Assembly (NCBI RefSeq): GCF_008831285.2
Contig: NC_045138.2
Location: 18,476,001 to 18,540,000, forward strand
Direction: 5' to 3'
Length of the DNA stretch: 64,000 nt
DNA from: Nymphaea colorata
Lineage: Eukaryota
Positions 14,373 to 27,235 of the stretch are shown in pieces. Each line of letters opens with the position of its first letter. Within the stretch, counting starts at the first letter, position 1. Below the pieces are notes generated by a model. That model was not told where the DNA came from, did not search any database, and saw only the letters and a program-made list of their open reading frames with translations. A program made the position numbers and the translations under genes.

Positions 14373-14831
14373 TTAATAATATATATTTATTATGTAAAAA
14401 CAATTTATACTAAAAAAATGTATATATATAGAATTTGTCATCATTTGGTCCAAGACTTCTTTGAGGTCTCGGATATTTGGCATCACTGGGCGGCATGGGC
14501 TGCCACCACCACCAGCCGGCTTGTTCTCTTTTACCAGCATCTGAAACCTACACACATTGCAGGTGTTGTATTTTTCCAACCACTTGATTATGCAGCCGTC
14601 GTGGTACCTATGTCTGCAGGGCGTCTCCCTCGCCTTCTCGTCTACTCCAAATCCCTCAAAGCACGCAGCACACCAAGCCTCCTCATTCTCTACCACCATG
14701 CTTGCCGCCGCCTCCACAGCTTGCTTTCTAAAAGGAGGATGAAATATATTATACGGATTGTAACTCTTAAAAATCACCAACAGAGAAACATGGAAAATAT
14801 TGTAGTAGGGGTGGACATCCGGTTGAGCCAA
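14373..14831 (-). CDS. RING-H2 zinc-finger ORF, copy D (all ligands intact; true 5' end and expression uncertain)
   Basis: PPFRKQAVEAAASMVVENEEAW-CAAC-FEGFGVDEKARETP-CRHRYH-DG-C-IIKW-LEKYNT-CNVC-RFQM matches the C3H2C3 RING-H2 pattern. It is preceded by a segment resembling the PPASKxAVEA motif of plant RING-H2 E3 ligases. Both ORF ends run into non-coding-looking sequence. Confidence 0.45.
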   Translation of the reverse strand: MAQPDVHPYYNIFHVSLLVIFKSYNPYNIFHPPFRKQAVEAAASMVVENEEAWCAACFEGFGVDEKARETPCRHRYHDGCIIKWLEKYNTCNVCRFQMLVKENKPAGGGGSPCRPVMPNIRDLKEVLDQMMTNSIYIHFFSINCFYIINIYY

Positions 14832-15010
14832 GTCGGGCGACGGGCCCGAACTGGCCTGGGCCCTGCCCCGTTGCTAATAAAAAATTATTTTTTGAAATTA
14901 TAAAATAATTTTTGATATTATTTGTTTTTAAATAATAAATATATATTATTAAATTTAAAACATAGTAATTTTTTTTTAATATTACCGAACCCAAGTCAGC
15001 CCAGTAGGGC
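14806..15010. mobile_element. GC-rich-ended non-autonomous DNA element fragment (TAGGGGTGG-type end)
   Basis: Starts taggggtggacatcc, with gggcc/ggccc-rich arms around an AT core. An inverted relative lies at ~51410-51718 (ends tgcccacccctag), and similar GC-rich blocks lie at ~26470-26640, ~27130-27230 and ~44790-44905. Confidence 0.5.
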
Positions 15011-15193
15011 AGACCTCTTTCGGATGTCGTCACAGTAGTAATTTCGAAAGAAGTGGACCCATGTGAATCAAGATGAAGCACCCCATAGGCTTGGCATTGC
15101 TGATGTAGTCCAGTCCTAAATTGCACGGTGCGTTCGACCAACAAATGGGTCTGGATTGCTTATATCTAAATTCAAAAACTGAAGACATCCAAT

Positions 15194-15357
15194 CAGGGGC
15201 AGAGGGAGGGAGGGCCGCCCGGGCCATGGCCGGTGTGACCCCAGGAATTTTTTTTTTTTACATTGAAAAAATCAAATTTTTTTTAATATGGCCCGACCCT
15301 GACCCAGCCCGCAAATCGTATTGACTCGACCCTAAAAAAAATCCTGGTCCGCCCCTG
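15194..15357. mobile_element. hAT-type MITE (CAGGGGCGGA-type TIR family)
   Basis: Ends caggggcaga ... tccgcccctg (9/10 inverted match). Internal ggccatggcc and ttttttacattgaaaa are shared with copies at ~23950-24136, ~42030-42220 (inverted) and 62187-62384. Confidence 0.7.
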
Positions 15358-15669
15358 ATCCCAGTCCCTCGTGTGCACGTCCAAAAGAGGAGGAGGATTA
15401 GAGTGCCGTGACATTTAGAACATCACACCCACTAGCCACTTAGATATATAAACACCTGCGGCACCAGCACTCTCCATCTACCATGGCATCAAACAGATTT
15501 GTTTGTATATGCCAGCCCACTTAGTAACACTTTGTTACACAAGCTTAGTTTCTTTTTCTTAGTAACTAAGAAAACACGATATTTACATCTATACACAAAA
15601 GAAGAAACATCGTTTATTATCTACGTTATAATCAATTCTAGATGCGTTAGAGTCCTGAAGACGCTGTTC

Positions 15670-16600
15670 CTTTTAGTTTTCCTGGTTGTTGTTTTTTCTT
15701 TTCTGTGGTATTTTTAGTTTTTTCCGAGTTAAGTCCTTGATACTAGTGCGTTTTTTTTTTCTGATTTGATATTCGTGTGATTTGAAGATTTAATCGTATT
15801 TGGTTTAGATGTATTCCTTATCGTATCGGGATTATAGAATAATCATATAAAATGGGTGTCATTCTTAAAGCCTAATTAGATTCGATTGCTTAATCAAATA
15901 ATTTTTTTTTTTTGACAGATCCACTTTTTCTTTTTAGTAGAATATCCAGATTTGTCAACATCAGACATTCGTGATGCCCTTGATTGGAATTCTCTGCTGC
16001 TTCCCTGTCCAATGCTTTTTGCAAGCTAAGATGATCGGTATAAGCGATAAATTGTTTATTGATATTTATTAGGCATAGGTACCACGACCGTTGCATAAAT
16101 AAGTGGTAGAAGAGGCACAACACCTGCCCTGTTTATAGGTTTCAGATGTCGATGGAAGAGAACAAGCCGGCTGTTGGTGGTGGTGTCGAGGGAAAAGAAG
16201 AAGAGAGGAGGAGAAGGAGGGGAGAGGACAAAAGAATGAGGAGGAGGAGGAAGGTCAAGCCACAATTTAAAACATGGTGGTGGTGCCTAGGGTGGATTTT
16301 CCATTTTATATATGTATCACCAGCTTGTTGAATTCCAATTGTCAATAAGATTTCTTTCTTAAATAAAAGACTAATAAATTATTTTTAATCTTATATTTTT
16401 TTTGTTTTCAAGTTCTAATAATACTTGTTTACTAAATGAACATATTCATAAATTATGTTTTATTCTTACCTTTTCATTTCCACTTTGAATAAGATTTCAT
16501 TCCTTTTTTTAATTTTACTTTTATTTACTGTTCTAAAGGGCTTAACATGGTTGTTTAATTCTTTGGTGAATGAGATTAGGCCACATTATATCTCTATGGT
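15670..16600 (+). repeat. Dispersed ~0.9-kb duplicated segment carrying a RING-H2 fragment (copy 1)
   Basis: Colinear with 27295-28230 (ttttcctggttgttg...gagttaagtccttgatact...ttctaaagggcttaac) and with 43450-44190 inverted. RING C-terminal half (RHRYHDRCINKW*KRHNTCPVYRFQM) at ~16071-16185. Confidence 0.85.
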
Positions 16601-16607
16601 GTATGAG

Positions 16608-17041
16608 TAGGGATATCATCTCATCAGATTCAACTCAATATACCCTTAACTGCATCCGCTTTTGCATATATTTACAAACTCGCATTCTTATACGAACTAA
16701 GAAAAGTCACATATGAATTCGAACCCGAAATCCAGTTTCATAATCTGAATCTGAATTTAACATTTATAACGAAATCGAAAAACCGAATTTGACCAACTTA
16801 AAAAATGTAAGAGTATCGGATATAGGATGTATGTTTAAAAATATATAGTTCGATCCAAATCTATATCTAATAGGATATTTATTTACATATGAATCTATAT
16901 TTGAATCCAATCAGATGTCATTTTTTAAATCCAAATATGATCCATTTTTTAAATCAGATATTAAATTTTCCTTTATATCCAATTTTTTCGGAATGGTATC
17001 GGTTGGCCATATGGTCCAAATCAAATACATTGACATCCCTA
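16608..17041. mobile_element. hAT-type MITE (TAGGGATGTCAA-type TIR family)
   Basis: Ends tagggatatca ... tgacatcccta. The interior is rich in atcc(a/g)aat/tctgaat motifs shared with 17495-17939 and 33085-33488. Confidence 0.7.
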
Positions 17042-17307
17042 GATACGGGGTGATGCAAGGTACCTAATTGACAGTGTTGTTGCTCCGTCAAACATGGATG
17101 CAACTCTGTGCTTTATTGACAAGGGAAATGAGAAGGCTTTTAGTTTTCATGCAATTAGATTTGCATATAGCAACACAAGCTGTGGTGGGAGTTAGACGGA
17201 CTAGCTAGGTCAGATAAAAGTGAATCTCATTAAAGTTTAATTACACACATACGACACAGAAGAAAGTAAACTCCAAGTTAGCCTCTAAAGTTTTACTGTA
17301 AGAAAAA

Positions 17308-17350
<43 letters not shown>

Positions 17351-17494
17351 TACAAACAATTTAACTGATTTTATACTAAATTAATTTCTCATAATTTTTT
17401 TATTGGAAATCATGTCCACCTGGATCATGCCTTTTGAAAATAATTACTATCTTTTCTGTGCAATATTATTCATTGTTCTTTGATGTCCATAATC

Positions 17495-17939
17495 TAGGGA
17501 TGTCAACCGATCGGGTTCGAATGAGATATATACCATCGACTGTATCCATTTTATTGGATGTTCATGTAGTCGAATGCAAATTCAGATTCAAATAAGAGGA
17601 AAGAAAAATCATATCCGAATTCAAAATTTGATTTTACAATCATAATCCAATTTTTTTATATAAAGATCCACATCCAATTTTTTTTACCAAATTTGGCCTA
17701 TATTTAAAATGTAAGAGAATTAGATATAAGGTATTTGTTTAAACATAAATCCAATCCAAATCCATATCTAAACCCCATCAGATATTCATGTATATTAGAA
17801 TTCAATCGGATGTCATTTCTCAAATCCGAATCTGATCCGATTTTTCAATCAGATATTAATTTTTTTTCTATATCCAACTTTTTGTGGGAATGGTTTGGTC
17901 AAATATCCCCAATCCTAATCGGATATGTTGATATCCTTA
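17495..17939. mobile_element. hAT-type MITE with 8-bp TSD
   Basis: Ends tagggatgtcaac ... gttgatatcctta. Flanks ccataatc / ccttaatc (7/8), consistent with an 8-bp hAT target-site duplication. Confidence 0.8.
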
Positions 17940-18211
17940 CCTTAATCTCTGTTTTTCCCTTTCAAATAACATGATAATTTTATTTGTTAAGAAGCTACAT
18001 AGATATATATTTCTCCACTTGATTTCATTGTTTCTTCTTCTTTTTTTTTTTGGTGTATACAGAACACCAGGTTTGAAAATTGGGCACATTGGATGTATCT
18101 ATACATGTAGGTTGTGTTAAACCAAAATGATGAAAGCAAATTAAAATCATATAGAATTGTATCTGCTTATTAAAAAACACTAGTAAAAGTCTTTTGTATC
18201 TATGTTCCTAT

Positions 18212-18348
<137 letters not shown>

Positions 18349-19354
18349 CCATTCATTTCTTATCATTATAAAAGCACTATAAAAACACAAAAATTATCAA
18401 CTTAATATATATTTTGCAACAACTTATACTTAAGGTCATATTGGTAAGGTTAGATATCAAAAAATCACTTTAAATATCATATTTAATGGGCTTGTTTTTG
18501 TCCATGGCTTGTTGGTCTGGCTTCTACTAATCACTCGAATATTTAGAGAAACTGGTAGAAGCCAGACACTTAGATTGGGGATAAAAACCAGCCTCTATAA
18601 TTTTTTCTCAAAAAAATATTTCAAGTAAAATAAAAACATGTTAAGATACTTATAAAAACTATTTTGATATCAAAAATCCTTTCTGTTTGATCATTTGGCT
18701 TGTTATTGTTGTTTAATCTTTCTTGGGAATTCTTTTTGCATGGCATGGAAATGTTTGTAATTATTTATGCTAAAATTGATTGTGAAAATTTTCTCCCATT
18801 GATAATTTCTTGTTTGTGGCGGGGGTGGGATTGGTTCTGTTTTATAATTAAGATAATTAAATATGGTAATCATGTGTAGAAGTTACAAAAAATAGTTGGA
18901 GGGGCACTCGTTTAAAAACACTTATATTTGGTGGGGCCCTTATATATATAAGGATAAATGTTTAAAGATGCCTATTTAAAAATAAAGAAATTTTAAAAGA
19001 CTAGTGTTGGCAGTTGCCTACACCTGTGGCTCCACCACTAATCATGGAAGTTCCTACAAAGTTGCATAGATGGAATGCTAGCTCTAACAGTAATTTTTTC
19101 AACAGTTAAGAGACAACAATGAATTTTTATACCGCATTGAATGAAACATGAAAATGTGATGTCTAGGTGAAAAATATCAAGTATTGCAGACATTGGGGTT
19201 ATGGAACCTGGAACTTTTTGATCCACCCCACAAATGAACCAGTATTAAATACCAGAGATTTTAATGCCAAAACTTTTTTTCATCAACTAATCAAATGCTA
19301 CCTATATACAGCTGCCAGCAACATCAATGATTGGAATGCAGTTATACAGCCATT

Positions 19355-19419
<65 letters not shown>

Positions 19420-20141
19420 TACACACACACTCACATGAGCAGAGAAATCATTTGGTTACGGAATATGAATAGCTGGTGAAGACTTGCTCAAACACATGCA
19501 CTAAACTCCAATTAAATTATAAAATATCAACAATAGATATCCAAAGCATTTTAACGAATCATGGGCAGCAATGAACCTTATGATTTACAATATTGGCACT
19601 CATTCACTATATGATCTGGAAAGAGTTTACCTTATATTGATGCAACAGATAGTGCAGCTCTGGCGCTGCACATCAAAGCACTTTTATTTTTTGGCATTAT
19701 CATGTGTATGATGTATTAATCTATTATTCATCCAATCATCAATCATAATATAAATGGCATTTTCAAAATATAGAAGTTCTTTCTTGGTATCCATAAGCTG
19801 CAGTTTGGTAGACTTCTACCAGATCAGGTTGAATAGTTGGCCTCCTTTAACACAAAAGCCTGAACAACTAGAATTCAAAATTATTTTGCTCTTACTATAT
19901 GTTGTAGCTTCCATCAGTGCTTATAATTAAAAGTGGGAATCTCTTTATAGCATTCAACTGAACACCAAAAGAAGTAAATAGCATATGGCATCTGATACTT
20001 TTTTTCTTTTATTCATCAAATTCCTTCAGATCCCATTTTCAATATAGTTGGACTACTGGAATCCAAGTTATTTCCTAAGTATGGCATTCGTCCTCGTGAT
20101 AAGCATTTCAAAAGGGGATCTAAGTATATTGGAACTACAGC

Positions 20142-20196
<55 letters not shown>

Positions 20197-21068
20197 CAAT
20201 AGGTCAGGGGATAAAAACCAGATTCTTTAAATATTACATTTGAAATGTTTTTTTTTTTTTTGAAATCTAACCTTACTAATGTTAGTTTGATGCACAATAT
20301 ATAGTACGTTGATTATTTTTTTGGTTTTATCGTTTTATAATAAGCAAAAATGAATGGCTTTCATAGCATCAACATTTTGATAATAGAAAAATCAATATTT
20401 TTCATAAAAACATCTAGATTCAAAACATATTTTATATCAATTTTTCATAAATATATTATGATGTTTATCTTTTATTTAAGATAACTTTTTAGCAAAATGT
20501 AAATGGGTTTGGTTTTTATCCTTGGCATAAGTGTCTGGCTTTGTAGCGTTGCCCTTGGTTTATGATGCAGTTTTTAGGGATGCTTAAAACCGCAGCTATA
20601 AACTATTAAATCTTGTTATAACGGTTTAGAACCAGAACCATCTCGGCAAGCAGCTACCAGCCCTGCCCATAGCCACTGTGCCTAAAATTAGTTTGTGGTC
20701 ACGGTTTTCTCTTTTTTAGAGAGAGAGAGCCGACAAAATGAAAATTTATAAAAATAAAATGCGGTGACAGATTGAGAGAGAGAGACGCAATCATTCCGTG
20801 TACATAATTCACACACAACTCATTACAAATACTTTTTATTTGAAATTGTACACATTATCTTCATCCTCGTTTAGGTAGGTGAAGAAAATGAATGCAAATT
20901 AAATAATAATGAATGAGTCACACACGCGCATTCATACATGTACAGCGCTTCATATGATAAGAATAAAAATGTAAACAACATCGCGCATGGCCAACTCCTT
21001 AGGACACCATGAAGAAAAAAGAATGGCAGTAGCGCTTCTGATTAAAATAAGAACTAGAAAATCAGGGC

Positions 21069-22231
21069 TTATGCCTTAAACAAGCTAAGCAGACTGAGAA
21101 ACAGGTTGATGACGTCCAAATAAAGACTGACTGAAGCCCAGATGTAATCGTCGTAGCTGTATCTCTTAATCAGATTATCCGTGTCGTAGATTATGTATCC
21201 GCTGAAGATGATCGTCCCGAGAATGCCGTAGATCATGTTGGTGATTTTGCCGAACGGAAACAAGATCTGATCCAAACAAAATATCACCGGAATTCAAAAC
21301 TTCAGGCCCATTAAGATGAAAGGAAATCGAAGGATTAGGAATATTTTTGTCGACTGTTTACCCGGATGATGCCAAAGCAAATGAGAGCAACCAATGAGCA
21401 GAAGAGGAAAGGCCCAAGAAATTTGAAATCGTGGCCGCGTCTTGCTGCCCAGAATGTGTAGAGAGTCAAGCTCACGACCAGCGCTGCCGTCACGCTTGCT
21501 GCTTCTAAGATGACCCTGCCTGCTCCAACCAATGTAAGGGATTCAATGAAATTTTCTTAGGAATAGTTGCAGAACGTTAATCAAATAACATTAAAAATAT
21601 GTGACGATTCGAGGGCAGGTCAAGGTGACCCGGCCTACTCCAATCAGGCAAAACAAGTTGCAGGAAGAACGGGGTTTAGCTTACCGCTGGTGAAGGCACA
21701 GGTCAAACCCACAAGGAAGCTCATGGAAACAGTGAAGAAACCGAGTAGAAGAAAATTGAACGGGTGCTTTTGCCGACAGAAGTACATGGGGAGCAGAACT
21801 GAACCAGCCAAAACAAAGAACAAAGAAAATTCAATCAGCAAATTTCTTAGAAACAGAACTGGCAGCAAATTCAAGAAAGAATCATCAGGAATACAGAAAA
21901 GTAGAGAAATAAGAAATGGGTGAAAGGAGCAGGCGCAACAGGAAGAGATGGAAAACCAAAAATTCTAGAAGAAAAAATGACAGCAGTACTCACTAATGAA
22001 AGGAAGAACAAGGCTGACAATGTAAATGGCAAGTCCGGGGGTCGTCGTGACTAAGTAGTCCGCTATCGGATGAACGGCCACAACGACGGCACAGACCGCG
22101 ACGGTGAGGAGGATCTGCACGGTGAGGATGGAATAGATCTTTCGAATGAATGCCCATCGAAGCTCCGGGTTCTCCATCATCCCCGGGTACAGTGGTGGCG
22201 CCACTCCCACCTCAACATCGCCACCCTTCAT
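21069..22231 (-). CDS. LIFEGUARD / BI1-like (TMBIM, Bax inhibitor-1 family) membrane protein, 235 aa; exons 22231-21994, 21798-21685, 21519-21362, 21266-21069
   Basis: Motifs LYPGMMENPELRWAFIRKIYSIL, QKHPFNFLLLGFFT, VILEAA, SLTLYTFWAARRGHDFKFLGPFL, YIIYDTDNLIKRYSYDDYIWASVSLYLDVINLFL. Three GT-AG introns with consistent phases (1,1,0). Spliced length 708 nt with no internal stop. Confidence 0.93.
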
Positions 22232-24800
22232 GTTGTTACTTGTCTCCTGCTGCCCGCCACCACCTGATCGTGTATGTTTGAGAGAGAGAGAGAGAGGACA
22301 ATGGAAGATCAGCTGATAAAATTGGGGATGGAGAGAGGGAGGGATGGAAGGATTTTATAAGTCGCGAGGAGAGGTTGGTTCCATAGACTTTCCTGTTTCC
22401 TTCATGTTGTGGTCAAGAAAATGATCCGGTAAATACCTGTAAGTTAATAGATTTATAGCCCAAACGCGGAACAAAAAGTTTCTTGGTTCTTGCATTTGAT
22501 GAGTCACCCATGCTGTTGAAATGATCCAATTCCGTATGACGCATCCAGCTTAGAGCTTACCCAAAAATTAAGGCTTATAAATACGAAATTAAATGAGTCA
22601 AAGTAGCGGACATTTGAAAAAACCAGTCTTCATCTTTAGTCACTGTTAAGGGCGCGTTTGATCACTTAAGATTTGATATTAGAAAATTTCGGACTCTTGT
22701 TGCTTGACTATAATATGAAATTATGCTTGGACAATGCAATTTGAAGACAATGATGATTTTATATTTTTAGTTCTCAAAGGCCATAGTTTGTTAATATCAT
22801 AGACGTAAAGTGAACCCCTTATTAAAATATAAGACACTTGAATCTAAGATGCAAGGCAGTCAAATATCGGCTAACCTAATTGGACAGGGTCCAGTCATCC
22901 TCAACAAATTGGAGGCATTACTTGCACCTAATCAAATATTGACACAGTTAAGTTTTTATTTAAGGGACCACATTTTAGTTATAAACTGAAATACAGGCCT
23001 CATGTTTGTGCTTTCTCCAACGCGAACCTCAAGTAATAACTGATAGTTATCAATTAAAAGGCAAATGTGAGCGACGATAAGGGAAATAAGTCAAATGACC
23101 CTACTTTTCCATCCACAAAGGATAACGTTAAAAATCAAATCAGGAATTTTGACATCTCCTAACATGTCATAGCTTCATTAGGCTTTGCTTTTCTACAGTT
23201 ATTAACGAAAGTGAAGTCTGCACCAAAATGAATAAAAAAATGGAGTTCATATTCAAATTTATGATAAAAAAAAAAAGAGAGCAACTTGGGCGTTACTTTG
23301 ATGACATGCGGTACAGCTGAGAAGGATCATAACAAACAACTTGCTTTAAAAAATTAAAAATTAAAAATTAAAAATTAAAAAATTAAAATTAAAATAATTT
23401 TTTTTTTATGATTAGCTTTTAAAATTTGTCGGCCCTAACTTATGTCAGGGTCATAAGAAGACGATGTCATGGAAATGATCAGTATAAAATGAGGGTTTGG
23501 TATGTAAACTTCAAAAGTATATAGTTTTGTTCCCAATTTCTTACATGATTGGAAACAAATAGACCTGAACAGTTTGAACAACCACCAAGCAAGACCATAT
23601 ATATATATATATATATACTGCACCATAATTCCAGTCTTAATTTGTCAAATAAACAACTGATGAACTAAGACGTCTCTCACCATGTCCCATTAAAATTTTT
23701 TTTTCTCCCTCTTACCGACCCCTATCTTCCCTCCATCTCTTCCCTTTCCTTATTTACTTTCTCCAACCCCCCTCTTCCCAAACTTCTTCCAACATACCAG
23801 CCACCAGTCCTGTCCAAGCTCCGTCATCAGGGAAGGGTGCTCGCGGCCTCCTCCCTTTCTTGTTCAACTTCTTTTTTCCTTTGTTGTTCTTGTTAAGATA
23901 AGTGGAAAACCATCTGCTTTTGCACTAGGCCGGCTGGGGTTTCGTTGAGCAGGGATGGAGGGAAGAGGGGCCCACCTAGGCCATGGCCCTCCTCCAATCA
24001 ATGAATTTTTTTTTACATTGAAAATAATATTACTTTCTAATTGCATAATGTATTTTTTGTATTAAAATTCAGTTTGTAGAGCCCTACAGATCAAACTCTC
24101 GGGCTTGCTTGTAAAGAAAATTCTGACTTCACCCCTGCCGATTACAACTGAGTCCCGACTGCCCGTTGGCACTGGGCAGCGGCGCTGAAGATGGATGAAT
24201 TATTTCACCATCTATTTCTGTGCAGCTGCCGACGGCATCGCCTGACACTACTCTTCTACTCCTTCCCTCCCTCTCTCACCCGACACAAGATACTTTAGAA
24301 CGAAGAGAATGCTTCAGTGATTTTTCCTTTCCTCAATGGAGAGAAGATCCGCAAAGCCATTCTACTAATGCACCTTTCAATCAAGAGATGCACAACCCGT
24401 TTCAACTAAGCAAAAACTTAGTAAGCTTACAAGCAAAAAAACTTAGTAACACTTAGTTACTAAGAAAAAGAAACTAAGCGTGTCTTAACAAAAAACTTCT
24501 GATTTAGTAACTAAGTTTTTAATATAAGTTCAGCAAGACGAGGGACCAAGCAAGAGAGACAGGCAGACAGAAAGGAGGACAGAGATCCTTGTGCTGGGAA
24601 ATGATGTCCAGCAACATTTCAGAAGAGGTAACAAGACGATCTCTTCTCAATTTTTTTGTACTTCTTGAACTGTGCGTCTTAATTTTTTGTTTTCATGCTC
24701 CATGTCACGCTGAAAGCTTCATTCATTTGGCCTAAAGCCATGTGTAATCAGTCAAAACACTACCCATCATCAGATTATGAAATTATCTAGAAGACAATTG

Positions 24801-25136
24801 TGTTAGCAAGATTACAGGGATTGCCTCCATTACCTTCTTTGTTAAGGAAGGTTACAGCTGCCTAATCAAGATTCTCTCTCCGTTTCCTTATCTCATAATT
24901 TTCTTATCCATCAAAATTGTGTTGCCCTATTTATCACAAGAATCCTGCATGATTCTCTTGACTAATATGGCTTGGTGTGTAGCCCATAAAAGAGAGAGTT
25001 GTCTTCTCTCAAAAGGTATCACATAGAAATAAAGGAGTGTTCTTATTCTCGTGGATGTAGGCATTGAATTGCCGAACCATGTACATGCTTATGTTTGTGT
25101 CTTTCGTTTTCATGTTTTTAACATGGTATCAAAGCC
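24801..25136 (+). mobile_element. Copia-type LTR followed by a tRNA-Met primer-binding site (internal region decayed)
   Basis: Ends ...ttaaca (25123), immediately followed by tggtatcaaagcc (Met-i PBS-like). TGTTA start at 24801 (or 24840). Contains the gtggatgtagg...ccgaacca motif common in plant Copia LTRs. Confidence 0.65.
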
Positions 25137-27235
25137 AAGTTCCTATTGAAAGGGAGCATTCTTGCTGTCTACTGCAAGATCGCTCGTGAGACACCTGTGA
25201 CAGATTCTAGCCAAAAGTGCAGGAGGTTCAAGAGTGACGAGAGTTAGCGGTATTAGCCTTAGGAGGAGGGCACATCATCCTCTGTTTCCCACAGCATATT
25301 CTTCAACGTCTGTGCAAAAATAAGAGTACCGCTATCTTTGCGCCAGAGTGCCGCTGGATCAACCTTCAGCCAGTGGGAGTGCTGCGACGCCAAGAAAGTT
25401 CTGCGAAAGAGTGCTCGCTGGATCAACCTTGTTCCAGCAGAAAGTTCTCCTGCGTTTCACTGCTATTGAAGCTTCCACCAGCATCGCCCAAAAAACTCCC
25501 ATCGGCGTCACCCATTGAAGCTTCCATCGGCGTCGCCCAAAAAAACCCTCATCGGTGTCGTCCAAGCTTGGGAGGGTCATCCGAGAGAGAGAGAGGCCGC
25601 CCGTCGCTCCGGCGTCGCACGATCATCCTCTGCTAATTCAGTTTGGTGGAACGCCCATCTTCCTCTGGTGCGCCCTTCTTCACACTGCACCTCTTTGAAG
25701 TTTTCCTTTTACTTGAGAGGGGGCGACACTAGCAGCAGCCACCTCTTCATCCGTTATATGGGTCTGCCAAATGTCATCGTGTGAGAAATGGAGGGACTAC
25801 CAAAAAGGAAACTGCCCTCCCTGTAATGTAATCGGGTGATATTGTGGGCAATGTAATCGGGTGATATTGTGGGCAAGCCAACCGCTTCAAAAAGGAAGGG
25901 AGACGCGGGAGGATCTCTCGCACGTTCTTCTCTAATAATATTAGAGAGTCCCATCTCCTTAGTTGGCGCCATTTGCCTTTGGTAGCCGTTTCAAAAGAAG
26001 GGGATCATTCCGCTCGCCCACCAATTCCTGTCAAAAGAAAGCCACCTCCGGTCCTCCACCTTACCAAAAAGCCGCAAGGGAGAAATCAACCCAAGCAGCA
26101 AGGCGATTTTTTTTTACCGATGGCTAGCATTCAGAATGGAGACGAACATTCCAGAGGGTTAAAATCCTCTGATCAACATGGTACATTAAGAATTACTTCC
26201 ACTCTTATAAATGGCGCAAACCATCTAAGTTGAGCCAAGGCTGCAAGACTCTTTCTTAGTGGGAGATTTAAGGCGGGATACCTAAAATGAAAAAATCAAA
26301 CCTTCGGCTACTAATGATCCAGGTATGAAGAGTGGGAATCTAAAAAAAAAAAAAAATTATATGTTGTTCTATATAAAATTTTTATTTTGAAACATGATTT
26401 TTGGCCCTACTCAAAACTTAAAAAAATTTAACTCGCCACATGAAAAATTTCTAGTTCCATTCCTGATAGGCCTGGGCGCTGGGTCGGGTCGCTGGTGGGT
26501 ACCCGGTACCTGGCCTGGAATGGGCCCGGGTTCGGGCCGTGATTTGCAAAAGACAGGCTTTCGCCGGTTGCGCCCGGCCCGGCCCGACATTAAAACGGGC
26601 TGGGTGGGTCCCGGTTTTAAGTTGGGACTGTTGGGGCCCATTGGGAACATTAGCTATAGACAGCAATCTTCTTGGCTTAGCTTTCTTCCCCCTTTTTCTT
26701 CTCTCCTCTTTAAATCTTCTTTTACTGTTTTTCAAGTTTTTTTAAGTTACCCTGTATGCTCGTTGTGACTAAAGTTTGTTAATGTATTTTCATTTTGTTT
26801 GGTCTCTCTCTTTTTCTTTCTTTCTCTTGTGGTAACGTAGAGTAGACTCTTAGGTCTCTGTCTTTGTTTATTGCTGCCGGAGAAGGCAGACCGAGAAGGA
26901 AGAGCGTCGCCCTTCTATAGCAGGAGGTATTGCAACACGTTGTCCCTCTCTCTATGAGCATGTGTTGTTGCCGTAGAACCCTTTTCCGGCAGGTTAGGGA
27001 CTATGATCGCAGCAGTATAGCACGTGTTGTTGTAGAACCCTTTTTTGGCAGGTTAGGAAGGCGGTTAATTGTTTGCCAATTGCCATCTTCGAATCCATTT
27101 TCTCTTGTGTGAATTCTAGTTTGGTGATGCTGACTGGCTCGACCCGGCCCCACCCAACAATTAACAAAACGGGTTGAGTTGGGCCTCGGACATGGTTGAC
27201 CCAGCTCGATACCCAGCCCGGCCCCTTAATAATCA

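Larger units (their letters stand above)
13378..14745 (-). repeat. Tandem array of four ~0.4-0.45 kb units, each a RING-H2 coding fragment plus an AT-rich spacer
   Basis: Repeated + strand anchor (c)taaaaggagga(t/c)gaaatatatt at ~13489, ~13888 and ~14728, with a degenerate copy at ~14310. Repeated AT spacer aaatttaataatatatatttattat. Repeated GC-rich RING block. Confidence 0.85.

Noticed and set aside
19040..19890. Possible small minus-strand exons with AG/GT borders
   Set aside because: Could not be joined into a stop-free, recognisable protein.
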